From: Octopus sinensis
Taxonomy: Eukaryota
DNA: 64,000 nt
Direction of reading: 5' to 3'
Assembly (NCBI RefSeq): GCF_006345805.1
Contig: NC_043002.1
Coordinates: forward strand, 106,950,001-107,014,000
Below are positions 1 through 12,062 of this stretch, in pieces; positions within the stretch are counted from its first letter, which is position 1, and each line of letters opens with the position of its first letter. Position numbers and translations under genes: made by a program. Under the pieces are notes generated by a model. It was not told the origin of the DNA. It worked only from the letters and a program-made list of their open reading frames with translations, and made no database searches.

Positions 1-375
1 GTCTTCCCCTTCCACCAGTCCTCCCCTTCCTCCTATCCTTTCTCCTCTGACGAAACTAAAAAAAAAAAGAAAAAAAAAATTTTTTTTTTCTTTCAATAGC
101 AGAAAATATTTCCATCACAAAAAAAGTAGGTTGCAGTAGTGATGGTGGCAGGAGATGGCATCCCAACATCACTCATCGATGATATTAATGGAAGGAGTAG
201 GGAGGCTTGGAATGCCTTAGCACTCAGCCTAGAATATCAGTAGGGTTTTATTGATTGGTAAGTTACCTCCTTCCTTTTTAGGTCATCAAAGTAATCTTTG
301 ATTTAGTATATCTAGCAATCTCTTTATGCACCTCCTCTCTTCCTTTGAACACTAAATTGATATTTGTGCATATAT

Positions 376-412
<37 letters not shown>

Positions 413-591
413 GTGGTTCCCTTATACACAATGCATCTAAAAAATAAATAAAATCCTGTGTAAATTTTGAGTTAATTCAGGCAGGTATTTTCAGCCAGAT
501 AATTATATAAGAAAGTGAAATTAATCTAAACTTGATAAGACATAGCTATTAGTTCACTAAGTTCAGAAGCGGAAGCAGATGAGAACGGAAA

Positions 592-987
592 TCTTTATAT
601 ATAAAAGTCAAGTTGTGTGTCTGTCTCCTACGATTTAGATTCCTAACTACTCCCACATTTTGCGGTGCAGTTTAACCAAAACCGGGTATCTTATAGTCGT
701 GATTCATATCGAGCCCTTCTGGGTATTAGCGCGCGTCTACGATGAGTCTACAATTTAAAAAAAAATTTACCATCATTTTTTTCCATTTTAATGCATTTTT
801 TCGCTATTATATAAGGGAAGTAACTCTCTAAAAATGTCTACGATGAGTCAACGATTTAAAAAAAAATTTACCATAATTTTTTTCCCATTTTTAATGCATT
901 TTTTTGCTATTTTTTGGCTATAACTCTAAAAATGCTTATATAGTTATTCCCCTTACAAACTCGAGCAACGCCGGGCGATACTGCTAG
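592..987 (+). mobile_element. Non-autonomous Helitron
   Basis: A|TC...CTAG|T junctions and a subterminal hairpin CGAGCAACGCCGGGCG just before CTAG. Confidence 0.8.
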
Positions 988-1364
988 TTAAATCTATAAT
1001 TTCTTAGTTCAATAAAACCCTTCAATGGTATTAGAAATTCAGGCTTGCCTACTCGTTCCGTTATTGGTTCAAGTTATAATTTTCCCTCCTTTATCAAAGC
1101 AATTATGTCAATACTCAACCACAAACACCAGCTGAGTAAGAGCGGCAATGGATGCTATAAACAGCAAATCGAGTTAATCTGGCAGGCAGAACAGCAGAAG
1201 ATTAACGAGAAGAAAGCATTGTTATTTTAATCCACATCAATGTAACAAACAAGGTTCAAACCGAAGTTTTGTTTGTTTTTTAACAGCTTTATTTAAAGGG
1301 TCATGTCCTTTACACAGCCATCCTTTAATTTTTTTAATGGCATTCTATTAGATGTGGATATATA

Positions 1365-1757
1365 TATACTCTTTACTCTTTTACTTGTTTCAGTCATTTG
1401 ACTGCGGCCATGCTGGAGCACCGCCTTTAGTCGAGCAAATCGACCCTGGGATTTATTCTTTGTAAGCCCAGTACTTATTCTATCGGTCTCTTTTTGCCGA
1501 ACCGCGAAGTAACGGGGACGTAAACACACCAGCATCGGTTGTCAAGCAATGCTAAGGGGACAAACACAGACACACAAACATATATATATATACACGGCAG
1601 GCTTCTTTCAGTTTCCGCCTACCAAATCCACTCACAAGGCATTGGTCGGCCCAGGGCTATAGCAGAAGACACTTGCCCAAGATGCCACGCAGTGGGACTG
1701 AACCCGGAACCATGTGGTTGGTAAGCAAGCTACTTACCACTCAGCCACTCCTACACC
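1365..1757 (-). mobile_element. tRNA-derived SINE family A
   Basis: Reverse complement of the GGAGTGGCTGTGTGGTAAG...GGTTCAGTCCC head, TTGGGCAAGTGTCTT central motif, internal (TA/TG)n and ...GACTGAAACAAGTAAAAGAGT tail. Confidence 0.88.
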
Positions 1758-2051
1758 TAATATATATATATTCCTTTATTCTTTTATTTGTTTCAGTCGT
1801 TTGACTGCAGCCATGCTGGAGCACCACCTTTAATCGAACAAGTCAACCCCAGGACTTATTCTTTCTAAGCCTAGTACTTATTCATCAGTCACTTTTGCCG
1901 AACCGCTAAGTTACAGGGATGTAAACACACCCACATTGATTGTCAAGCAATGGTGGGGGGACAAACACAGACACACATACATACATATATGACAGGCTTC
2001 AATTTAGGAAGGACAGCAAAGTAGAGATTCATGAAGTTAAAGGAGGAAGTA

Positions 2052-2551
2052 CCATAAATCCGAGTATAATCTGCATTTTCCCCCAAAATTTAAAGGTTAA
2101 AATCCCTAGTGCGTACTATATATGAGGTTAAAAATGAACATTATTTTCTAAGCAATGTCCGAGTCTCTATTTGCTGTCCGGCAATGTTTATTCAGACGCA
2201 TTTTGTGATGTCAGGAGCGAAAATACCTTAAGCTAATCCTGAAAGCAATGAAGTCATAAAAGAATCATCCATAACTTGCAGTAAGCAACATTTATTAAAT
2301 GTTATTTCTTTATTTTCTGCAAACAAAATGCACAAAAAAGCTACACGTTTGCATTATGTTATATATACAATAATAATAAAGGACGTTACCATATAGATTT
2401 TTACAAACCAAGGACGGTGTATAGACCTCCTTGACTCAAGTTAGAGAAGGGGTGTGTATTATACACAAGGTTTAGGATTTTCAGAGGTACAGCCCCCTAA
2501 AAATCCCCTGCGTATTATACTCAAGGGCGAACTATACTCGAGGATTTACAG
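2052..2551. mobile_element. Tc2/pogo-like MITE
   Basis: TA|CCATAAATCCGAGTATA ... TATACTCGAGGATTTACAG|TA imperfect terminal inverted repeats with TA flanks. Confidence 0.55.
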
Positions 2552-2938
2552 TAGAAATGTTTCAGTATTAATATGCGAGAGAGTTGACCCTTAGTTGGAA
2601 TGGTCATAACTGCATCCAGATTCACGTGATGGCTACAGGGATAACAGAGGTTAAAAAAAAGTTTTTTAAATCATGCCATAGTGTAGGCCAAAAGATCTCA
2701 AATATGCCCTGATAACATTAATATTGTTTAGAACCACTAGAAAGCGATACCGATGGAAGATGCCACAAAGCATTGAAGGAGAAATGTCCTTCAGTGCAAG
2801 CTGCGCAAGAGACAAAAACAGAGAAACGAATTCCTTCAAATATCTAGAAGATTCCCTTATAATAGTTGATGTATTACATAAGATATGTAACGAATAGTAG
2901 ACACAGCCTGTTCCAGAAGCACTGTAGTGTGTGTATGT

Positions 2939-3328
2939 GGAGGCGCAATGGCCCAGTGGTTAGGGCAGCGGACTCGCGGTCATAGGATCGCGGTTTCAAT
3001 TCCCAAACCGGGCGTTGTGAGTGTTTATTGAGCAAAAACACCTAAAAAGCTCCACGAGGCTCCGGCAGGGGATGGTGGTGATCCCTGCTGTACTCTTTCA
3101 CCACAACTTTCTCTCACTCTTACTTCCTGTTTCTGTTGTACCTGTATTTCAAGGGGCCGGCCTTGTCACTCTCTGTGTCACGCTGAATATCCCTGAGAAC
3201 TACGTTAAGGGTGCACGTGTCTGTGGAGTGCTCAACCACTTACACGTTAATTTCACGAGCAGGCTGTTCCGTTGATTCGGATCAACCGGAACCCTCGTCG
3301 TCGTAACCGACGGAGTGCTTCCATTCCA
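2939..3328 (+). mobile_element. tRNA-derived SINE family B, full length
   Basis: Head GGAGGCGCAATGGCCCAGTGG...GTTTCAATTCCC (A/B boxes), body ending GGAGTGCTTCCA. Flanked by GTGTGTATG (2929-2937 and 3331-3339). Confidence 0.85.
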
Positions 3329-3667
3329 GCGTGTGTATGAACAGGATGGAGAAGTTTAAGGAGCTGTTAGCTGAGAGGGATTCTCTTTCTCTCTGAGTGA
3401 AAAGCAGATTGTGAAGTGTAATATTGCATGGCAGAGAGATATAAGAGTATTGAATATTGAGTATGTGAGAAGGGAGCAAAGAAATGAGACAAGTATGCTT
3501 CACTGGATGTTTAATATTAGTGTGAATGAAAGAATATAAATGAGCTGAGAGGAATCAGATACGAGTACAAGAAAAGACTGTGCTGGTATGGTCATTAGGA
3601 CATGTATAGAGGATGATAGCTGAGTAAGGATGTGCCAAGCAATCCAAATGGAAGGAACCATGCTTAA

Positions 3668-3886
3668 CCCTTTAGTATTTAAACCGGCCATATCCGGCCA
3701 AAATATTTAATCTGTTTTATGCTCAAACTGACCAGATCCAGGCTCTCACACCTGCCCTACAATGTTATACTACGTTAAGTAATTACACCATCAAGATCTT
3801 GAAGATATGAGATAATGCATAATTAATTCAAATCAATGTGAATCAATAAGCATTATGTTTGATAGAATAATCTGAACACTAAAGGG
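3668..3886 (+). mobile_element. piggyBac-like MITE family 1
   Basis: TTAA|CCCTTTAG...CTAAAGGG|TTAA. Other copies 6993-7201 (inverted), 10249-10470, 14170-14389 and 46020-46159. Confidence 0.8.
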
Positions 3887-4092
3887 TTAAGGCAAAAAAA
3901 AAAAATGGTTAAGGTCGACTTCATGATGTTGAACTTGATGAAAGAGAGAACATGGGGCTGCAACAAGCAGCGAAACAGTGGAGAAGACCTGTCTAATACA
4001 GGAGAACATAGACAACTGGTGTACGATGATCGTTTCCATTTTAAAGTTTTGGCACTTCTTTGATGAAAAACATCTTGCCTCAGTTAAATTCT

Positions 4093-4490
4093 GTGGAAGC
4101 ACATGTGGAAGCGCTCCGTCGGTTACGACGATGAGGGTTCCGGTTGATCCAATCAACGGAACAGCCTGCTCGTGAAATTAATGTGTAAGTGGCTGAGCAC
4201 TCCACAGACAGCTGTACCCTTAACGTAGTTCTCGGGGATATTCAGCGTGACACAGAGAGTGACAAGGCTGGCCCTTTGAAATACAGGTACAACAGAAACA
4301 GGAAGTAAGAGTGAGAGAAAGTTGTGGCGAAAGAGTACAGCAGGGATCAACACCATCCCTGCCGGAGCCTCGTGGAGCTTTTAGGTGTTTTCGCTAAATG
4401 GAGGCGCAATGGCCCAGTGGTTAGGGCAGCAGACTCGCGGTCGTAGGATCGCGGTTTCGATTCCCAGACCGGGCGTTATGTGTGTTTATT
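4093..4490 (-). mobile_element. SINE family B copy with inverted 5' head (4400-4490)
   Basis: Body on minus 4093-4395, head on plus 4400-4490. Direct repeat AGTTAAATTCT at 4082-4092 and 4491-4501. Confidence 0.85.
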
Positions 4491-4632
4491 AGTTAAATTC
4501 TATGAACCTGTTCATTGTAGTGTCTAACCTCAGTGACATTTGAAATGCGAGGAAGTAACAGCTTGGTCTTTGCACAGAAACCAACCAATAGAAACAATAA
4601 TCTCAGTTTTTATATCAGATGAAACTGTTTAA

Positions 4633-4852
4633 CCCTTTCGTTACCAACCCGGCTGAAACCGGCTCTGGCTCTGAGTACAAGTGTTTTGTTTTCATAAGTT
4701 TTGAATTAAAATCTTCCATCAAACCTTAGTCGCAATTTATGTCCCTAACACTAGCTTAATGATAACTAAGTTATTTTACTAAATCCTTTGTTATACTTAA
4801 AGTAATTGAAAGAAACACAGAACATCTCAAAATAAATACAGTAACAAAAGGG
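4633..4852 (+). mobile_element. piggyBac-like MITE family 2
   Basis: TTAA|CCCTTTCGTTAC...GTAACAAAAGGG|TTAC. Copies at 48964-49171 and 49203-49423, and an RTE-interrupted inverted copy at ~46345-46740. Confidence 0.78.
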
Positions 4853-6052
4853 TTACAGAGATATTCACCCTGTTTCATTCCCAACCAATTCTAATCAGTT
4901 TCAACACTTTACAAACCTTCAAGATGATATTTTACCTTAAATTCATAACATGCCACAGACATTTCTTTTTTATCCAATTAAAAATACTTCAAACAACCTC
5001 AAACAAATCCTTATGTTTCCATTTTTTTTAAACCTTCACCCCAACCAGACATGTATTCCTTCACAAAAAAATATTGTAATCGCTTGCTGTTTAGAGCCAG
5101 GGTGAAGCTTGATTGAATAGACTAATGATCAAAACCTTTCCATCCATAACCATCCCATCTTGTGCTCGGAAAGAGCGCCTCTAGGATTACATTAATCAAA
5201 ATGTGGCTTGCCTTTATTGGAGATGGTTCAGCAGTTTGAAAGATTGCATAGTAGCTTTTTTTGCAATGTTCTTTCTGATGACAGAGATAAAAATGAAACA
5301 CTGATGTAGCAAATGGCATTGTCAAGCTTTGTAAGTCTGTCTTATTCTTAAACCATAACCCACATAGAGTCACTCTCCAATCTCTTTCGTCCCAACAATG
5401 CTTCAGTGTTTCCACAACCACCACCAAATTTTCTATAACATGAATTCCGTTTAATCACTATCCTCACCTAGTTTTTTCTTTTTAAACCGCCCAATCCAGA
5501 TAGGCAGGAACAACAAGAGACAAATTAACATATTAACATAATATACATGGATCTAGGACATCTATAAATACACACACAGTCAATAATAGCAGAAAGTTCA
5601 ACCACACCTAAAATTATTCAAAGTGCACAAACACAAATACAATTGTCGTAAGTATGAGCCAATGAAAGAGTCATTAAACCTACTAAAAATAGCAGTTAAA
5701 GTCTCTTATAAAATAACACACATCCTACTTTCTAAAAATGGAAGGATACATTGGTTAATGTGCTCACAGATACAGTATGTGTGAAAATATATAAAGTGAC
5801 TGTAGCCAGAAAACTATTGATCAGAGGTCTGCTGGGTCATGGTTGATTTCTGGCTAAACAACAATACATGAATCCCTGTACTCTGTCAAAAAAAATCTAA
5901 TGTTAGCTACACTGAACTAAACCAAATCAAATGAAGGCTAGTAACTAAGCTTCAACATTAAAACTCTGTTTTGGGTTAAGTTAATAAATTTAGTAAAAGA
6001 TTGTTATACATTATTTACATTTGACGGATATTTGTCCTAATTTTGTTTGTTC

Positions 6053-6097
6053 AACACAACGTTTCGGCTGATAACCCTCCAGCCTTCATCAGGTGTC
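6053..6097 (-). ncRNA. Minimal type-I hammerhead ribozyme motif (intact)
   Basis: GACAC-CUGAUGA-A-GGCUG(GAGGGUUAU)CAGCC-GAAA-CG-UU-GUGUU: stem I GACAC/GUGUU, full core, stem II, palindromic ACGU stem III. Confidence 0.75.
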
Positions 6098-6144
6098 TTG
6101 TGGAAATTTCGAACCTGAGTTCTCATTCCTAAGGTATTTTCCGA

Positions 6145-6182
<38 letters not shown>

Positions 6183-6270
6183 TCACTGCCTGGAATTGAA
6201 CTTAGAATCTTGGGGTTAGTAGAGCACGGGCTACTAACTCCAAGATGTCAAGTTCGATTCCAGGCAGTGA

Positions 6271-6318
<48 letters not shown>

Positions 6319-6373
6319 CAACAACATCGAAAAATACTTTAGGAATGAGAACCCAGGTTCAAAATTTCCCCAA

Positions 6374-6419
6374 GACACCTGATGAAGGCTGGAGGGTATA
6401 TCAGCCGAAACGTTCTGTT
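6374..6419 (+). ncRNA. Minimal hammerhead motif, second arm (one stem I mismatch)
   Basis: GACAC-CUGAUGA-A-GGCUG(GAGGGUAUAU)CAGCC-GAAA-CG-UU-CUGUU. Confidence 0.65.
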
Positions 6420-7729
6420 AACAACAAACAAGAGGAGGACAAATATCCTTCAAATGTAAATAATTCCTCAGCTCTTAAATATAAAACAGGAAAGATTGTT
6501 ATATTTGCGATTTAATAATTAAAAATCAATTCTACTGCATATACACACATGCATTACATGTGTCTATGTGAGTACAGCTATATAAATCTAAAAGTGTTAC
6601 AAATTGATTTGTCATCTTCTAGCCCAAGGTCAGCCCTGTGTAAGTAGACTTATATTCAAAGGCATTCCAGCCATGACTTTCTCACTTTTTATTTGTATAA
6701 CTTAACTGGGACAATATTACCCAATACTGGCCTAATTACACCAAGACAACAGTATAATTATTTTTAATATGGGTAGGGAGTGATTTGAGGGTGATTTGGT
6801 AGCTGTTTGAAGCTCCTGTCTATAATTTTATTGAATTGAACTGAACTGCCAATGATCAGTCCACTGCAGAGCAAAGGCCTCAGCATGTTCTGTCTCCCCA
6901 CAAAGAGATCGTACTCTTTGAAGAGACCATACTCTGCTACACTGGCTTGGCAGAGGGGTGCAGATTTTATTCTCTTACCCAAGAGTACTTAACCCTTTAG
7001 TGTTCAGATTATTCTATCAAACATGATTCTCATTGATTTGAATTAATCATGCATTTTCTCATATCTTCAAGATCTTTATGGTGTAATTACTTAATGTAGA
7101 ATAACATTGTAGGATAGGTGTGAGAGCCTGGATCTGGTTTGTTTGAACATAAAACAGATTAAATATTTTGGCCGGATATGGCCGGTTTAAATACTAAAGG
7201 GTTAAGTCAGTCGTATTAACCCAAGTGCTCAACTGTATCGATCCCAGTGCATAACTGGTACTTAATTTATCGACCCTGAAAGGATGAAAGGCAAAGTCGA
7301 CCTCGGCGGAATTTGAACTCAAAACGTAGAGGCAGACGAAATACCATTAAGCATTTCATTCAGTGTGCTGACAAGTGCCAACTTGCAACTTTCATTAAAT
7401 AAGGAAGTATATTTCTAAGAAGTATGTGAGATATATATATATGCCAGGTCAGAAAGTAAGGAATGTAGACTGTGAAAAAAACTCAATCACAACATTCAAT
7501 ATTAACTATACCGCTCTCCCCGCCACTCTCTCAACGGTACAAGGTTGGAACCCAATGATAGAGCATGAAATTTTTTTTTAATATTTTTACAATTAAGAAA
7601 ATCACTTCTAGAAAGTTCACCAGGACATAAATCACTTGTCTTTTTGGAACAGTCAGTGATATCAGTGGCTTTGCACACTTAAGGTGTGGCTACATTTTTA
7701 AGAGGTTTCTATTGCCAGTGTGCACACAC

Positions 7730-7774
<45 letters not shown>

Positions 7775-8344
7775 CATGACTGAATGGTTTCAGAAGTTCA
7801 TTTTGCAATTAATATGATCCAGGTACAAACATTGTATAAGAAATAGTTTTTAGTACAGCCTTGAGTTGCTCTGAGTTTTGTGTATGAAATAGATCGATGA
7901 AAACTATTTAGAAGAGATCACAGGAATACCATGCCTGTAATCCAAAGAAAGAGACACCAACATTGTCCAATTCTGCTCAAGGAATATATATTGTGGACAC
8001 AAGTGTCTGTACAACACTCAGGCACTGTTCCTAGAACATCATGTGTAGATGGTGCCAGGGACTGAACACTTGGAATACTCATCATAAATTACAACAAAGA
8101 CCCATTTACAAACACACAAACATAAGCAAATATGGTAACCAATTATGAAATTTTAAAAATTTTTACATGGTTGTTTTAACTGAAATAGAATAACTAAATT
8201 CTCTATCAATTTACATCAGAGATATGAGAGGAAAATAACAAGCATTGCCTACATAAGAACAAACTTTCAGAAATTTATAAACACTATGCTACTTTTTGTC
8301 AAGCTTAACTGACTGAATCAATCTATTGTCAAACACACATCTAT

Positions 8345-8565
8345 ATTTAATTCTTTATTGCTCACAAGGGGCTAAACATAGAGGGGACAAACAAGGACAG
8401 AGAACGGGATTACACTGGTGCGTAACTGGTACTTATTTAATCGACCCTGAAAGGATGAAAGGCAAAGTCGACCTCGGCGGAATTTGAACTCAGAACGTAG
8501 TGGCAGACGAAATACCGCTAAGCATTTCGCCTGGCGTGCTAACGATTCTGCCAACTCGTCGCCTT
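8345..8565 (-). mobile_element. tRNA-derived SINE family C
   Basis: Reverse complement of GGCGAGTTGGCAGAATCGTTAGCACGCC...GAGTTCAAATTCCGCCGAGGTCGACTTTGCCTTTCATCCTTTC... Confidence 0.85.
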
Positions 8566-8614
8566 TCAAATACACATCTATATTACCAGGACAGAAGTTA
8601 AGGTTGAACTCAAA

Positions 8615-8990
8615 ACCAACAAGAGTATTCAGAGAGTGCAAACCTCTGCCAAGGCAACACTAACGTCCTCTCAACGATTAGTCAGAGATGATTTTTAAAA
8701 TGAGAATATCTGAAATAAACTCAACTGCTCCCACAAGTGAGAATACTAAAAATGAACCTGACCACTCTCAAGACTTAAGTGAAAGAAAAACAGGAAAAAT
8801 AATTCAGAATCCTTGTATGGTACCGATCGATCCTAAAATCTAATCAGTTTGTGCCAGTCATGAAGCCAAACATCCCTCAAAGTTTCATCCGAATCCATCC
8901 AGCGGTTCTTGAGATATCTTGTCCACGGACAGACAAACAAACAGGACTGAAAACAATACCTCTGCTTTTGCTAAGGCCGAGGTAATAAGT
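8615..8990 (+). mobile_element. Helentron-associated (HINE/DINE-1-like) element
   Basis: 5' CCTCTGCCAAGG and 3' ..CTAAGGCCGAGGTAAT subterminal inverted motif, with (ACAG/ACAA) repeats before the 3' end. A related element spans ~46781-47493 (TTGGCGGAGGTAAT), split by a SINE A. Confidence 0.55.
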
Positions 8991-9514
8991 GCTGAACTAC
9001 ATAAAGCAGAGGTGAGAAGCCAACATCCAAATGTGAAACCTCCTGTAACACACACACACACACACACACACACAGCTGGAGCTTTAAAACTAAAGTGATT
9101 TTAATACAAGTTACATTGCAATATTAAAGATTCATTTTGTTCTTAGCAAAGATACACTCCACATCATTTAACATCCTATGCTTGCAAGGATCTGATGGAG
9201 TTTGTTGAGACAGATTATTTGCTGCCAGATGCCCTTCCTGTTGCCAACCCTTACCTGCTTCCAAGTGTAAAGTAATATTTCCCCATGACCGGACATGTTT
9301 TCATGGAAGATTGGGAACAAAGGACACAACTTACATGATTGTAACAGTCTTTTACAACTATCACATGAAGTCAAAGCAAGGAGACTGTTACATGCACACA
9401 TACATACATGATAGGCTTCTTTCAGTTTCCACTCACAAGGCCTTAGTTGACCTGGAGTTATAGTACAAGACACTTATCCAAGGTGCCACACAGTGGGACT
9501 GACCCAAAGACAAT

Positions 9515-9880
9515 CATCATCATTATCATCATCATCATTTAACATCCATTGTCCATGCTGGCATGAGTTGGACAGTTTGATCAGGTCTGGTAAGCTGAGG
9601 AGCTGCACCAGAATCCAGTCTCACATGGCATGGTTTCTAAGGCTGGATGCTCTTCCTAATGCCAACCACTCTGAAAGTGTAATGGATGATTTTACGTTCC
9701 ACCGGCACAGGTGCCATTTGTGTGACACCAGTATGCGTCACGACTGTGATTTCACATGGCTTGATGGATCTTCTCAAACACAGCGTATCACCAAAGGTCT
9801 CGGTCAGTAGTCATTGCTTCTTTGAGGCCCAAAGTTTGAAGATTATGCTTCACCACCTTTTCCCATGTCTCCCTCATCTT
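9515..9880 (-). mobile_element. RTE 3' fragment/tail
   Basis: (CAT)n tail, GGATGCTCTTCCTAATGCCAACCAC core, then the RTE C-terminal coding remnant ATGCTTCACCACC. Confidence 0.75.
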
Positions 9881-10869
9881 CAGTATCAAGAATCTATTGG
9901 TAGTCTATCTTGGCCTTTCTCCATCACAGACTTAATATCATTAACATAACCAATAATGAAACATCTACATAGTTCTTTGACTCGCTAAATATAGCAACAA
10001 ACTTTTCTTTTACTATCATACACAATGAGACACATTGCTGATATTGTTTAACCCCAGGTTAGACCTGATCACACACACACACATGACCAAGCTATAGTAA
10101 TTGCATTCTTTGTTTAATCCAACTATATATAACTAAGACTACATTATCCAAAAATCCCTCCAATACAATGGTAGTACATAATCTGAAGGGCATCTGACTG
10201 CTGCTTCTAGCGGATCACACTTCTGAAGTTTTTGTTACGCTACATTAACCCTTTAGCATTTAAACCAGCCATATCCAGCCAAAAGTATTCTGCCTGTTTT
10301 ATGTTCAAACTGGCCAGATCTGGTCTCTCACACCAACCCTACAATATCATTTTAAAAAGTAACAGCTACCTCATCGGAATCTCAAAACTACAAGATAATG
10401 CCTGATTAGTTCGAAACAATGTGGATGAAAAAGGATTAATTTTGGCAGAATAATGCGAACACTAAAAGGGTTAAAAAATACAAGTTTCCAACGGTTTTGC
10501 AATCAGTGCCACTATATCCCACACCCAGATCTTATATAACACTAGAGATAAATACACAATAAAACAAGTTCCGATATGATAAATAGCAAATCATACAAAA
10601 CTAGTGACCTGCAATCCCTAACTGGCAAGATGTTGCTTTTTTTATGAAGGTCAGCAAGTTTTTCTTGTTTAACTAGATTGTCCAATATCAATGTTGTATT
10701 GTTACTTGGTACAGCTTCAGGATATTAAGAAGAGTTTCATCGACATTTGTATGTGATTTCACTCTCTAACCCAACCACCATAAATTAACATCTATTTAGG
10801 AACTCGTTCTATTACACTCTAGCTTATGCTAATGGGACGAGGTATTTTAAATCGACAAGTTAAAAAAGA

Positions 10870-11290
10870 AAATTAAGCGAACCATCCGATCGTTGTCGGC
10901 GCCGCCCCGTCTGGCCTCCGTGCCGGTGGCACGTAAAAGCACCATCCGTTCGTGTCCGCTGCCAGCCTCAACTGGCCCCCGTGCTGGTGGCACGTAAAAG
11001 CACCATCCGCTCGTGTCCGTTGCCAGCCTCGCCTGACCCCCGTGCCGGTGGCACGTAAAAGCACCATCCGTTCATGGCCGTTTGCCAGCCTCGTCTGGCA
11101 CCTGTGCAGGTAGCACGTAAAAAGCACCCACTACACTCACGGAGTGGTTAGCGTTAGGAAGGGCATCCAGCCGTAGAAACACTGCCAGATCTGACTGGGC
11201 CTGATGAAGCCTTCCGGCTTCACAGACCCCAGTTGAACTGTCCAACCCATGCTAGCATGGAAAACGAACGCTAAATGATGATGATGAAAA
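10870..11290 (+). mobile_element. RTE 3'-UTR/tail element with about 4 tandem ~61-bp units
   Basis: Repeated GTGCCGGTGGCACGTAAAAGCACCATCCG units, then GGTTAGCGTTAGGAAGGGCATCCAGCCG... and the (GAT)n tail. Confidence 0.85.
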
Positions 11291-11454
11291 GAAAATGAGA
11301 GCGATAGAGAGAGAGTGTGTGTGTTGCTGCCATTTATCTCTAAGCTCTCATTAAGTTAGCCTATGATCAGAAGCCCCAGCTGTGATGATCTCATCTTTCA
11401 GTGTATCAAGGTAGAAACCCATCATTTAATATATTCTACCAATTATTATTATTA

Positions 11455-12010
11455 TTATTCATTTAACGTCCGTTTTCCATGCTAGCATGGGCTGGATGGT
11501 TTGACCGGGGTCTGGGAAGCCAGGAGGCTGTTTAGGCTCCAGTCTGATCTGGCAGTGTTTCTACGGCTGGATGCCCTTCCTAACGCCAACCACTCCGTGA
11601 GTGTAGTGGGTGCTTTTTACATGCCACCGGCACAGGTGTCAGAGGAGGCTGGCAACGGCCACGATCGGTTGTTGCTTTTTATGTGCCACCAGCACGGAAG
11701 CCAGTCAAGGCGGCACTGGCATCGGCCACGTACGGACGGTGCTTTTTAGGTGCCACCGGCACAGGTGCCAGAGGAGGCTGGCATGATCGGTTGTTGCTTT
11801 TTACGTGCCACCAGCATGGAAGCCAGTCAAGGTGGCGCTGGCATCGGCCACGTACGGATGATGCTTTTTAGGTGCCAGAGGAGGCTGGCAACGGCCATGA
11901 TCGGTTGTTGCTTTTTACGTGCCACCAGCACGGAAGCCAGTCAAGGCGATGCTGGCATCGGCCACGTACGGATGGTGCTTTTAACGTGCCACCGGCACAG
12001 GTATCACAAC
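11455..12010 (-). mobile_element. RTE 3'-UTR/tail element with multiple tandem units, inverted relative to the 10870 copy
   Basis: CATTTAACGTCCGTTTTCCATGCTAGCATGG start, then repeated TGCTTTTTACGTGCCACC units. Confidence 0.85.
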
Positions 12011-12022
12011 TACAATTTCCAA

Positions 12023-12062
<40 letters not shown>

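Larger units (their letters stand above)
6009..6490. mobile_element. Palindromic insertion of a tRNA-headed, hammerhead-containing SINE-like element (family E)
   Basis: Two ~215-270 bp arms diverge from ~6222, each with part of the tRNA head, (AAT)n, a hammerhead motif and a tail. Flanked by the direct repeat AAAGATTGTTATA (5996-6008 and 6491-6503). Confidence 0.85.

Noticed and set aside
40-75. CTGACGAA near the window start
   Set aside because: Runs straight into poly(A); no stem II or GAAA context can be built.
1293-1724. Recurrent small ORFs (..QHGRSQMTETSKRV, ..MLEHRL, ..LDALPNANHS) throughout the window
   Set aside because: Translations of SINE A and RTE tail sequence, not genes.
2939-3010. 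tRNA-like sequences with A/B boxes (also 4400, 16914, 27408, 42038, 43446, 52690)
   Set aside because: Acceptor stems are incomplete and each continues into a SINE body; they are SINE heads, not tRNA genes.
5122-5427. 101-aa ORF in the putative downstream intron
   Set aside because: No match to the expected next GGNBP2 exon and no convincing splice sites.
11201-11224. CTGATGA followed by an AGCC/GGCT stem (also ~17871), resembling a hammerhead
   Set aside because: No GAAA after the stem and no stem I or III; other copies of this RTE tail read CTGGTGCAGCC.
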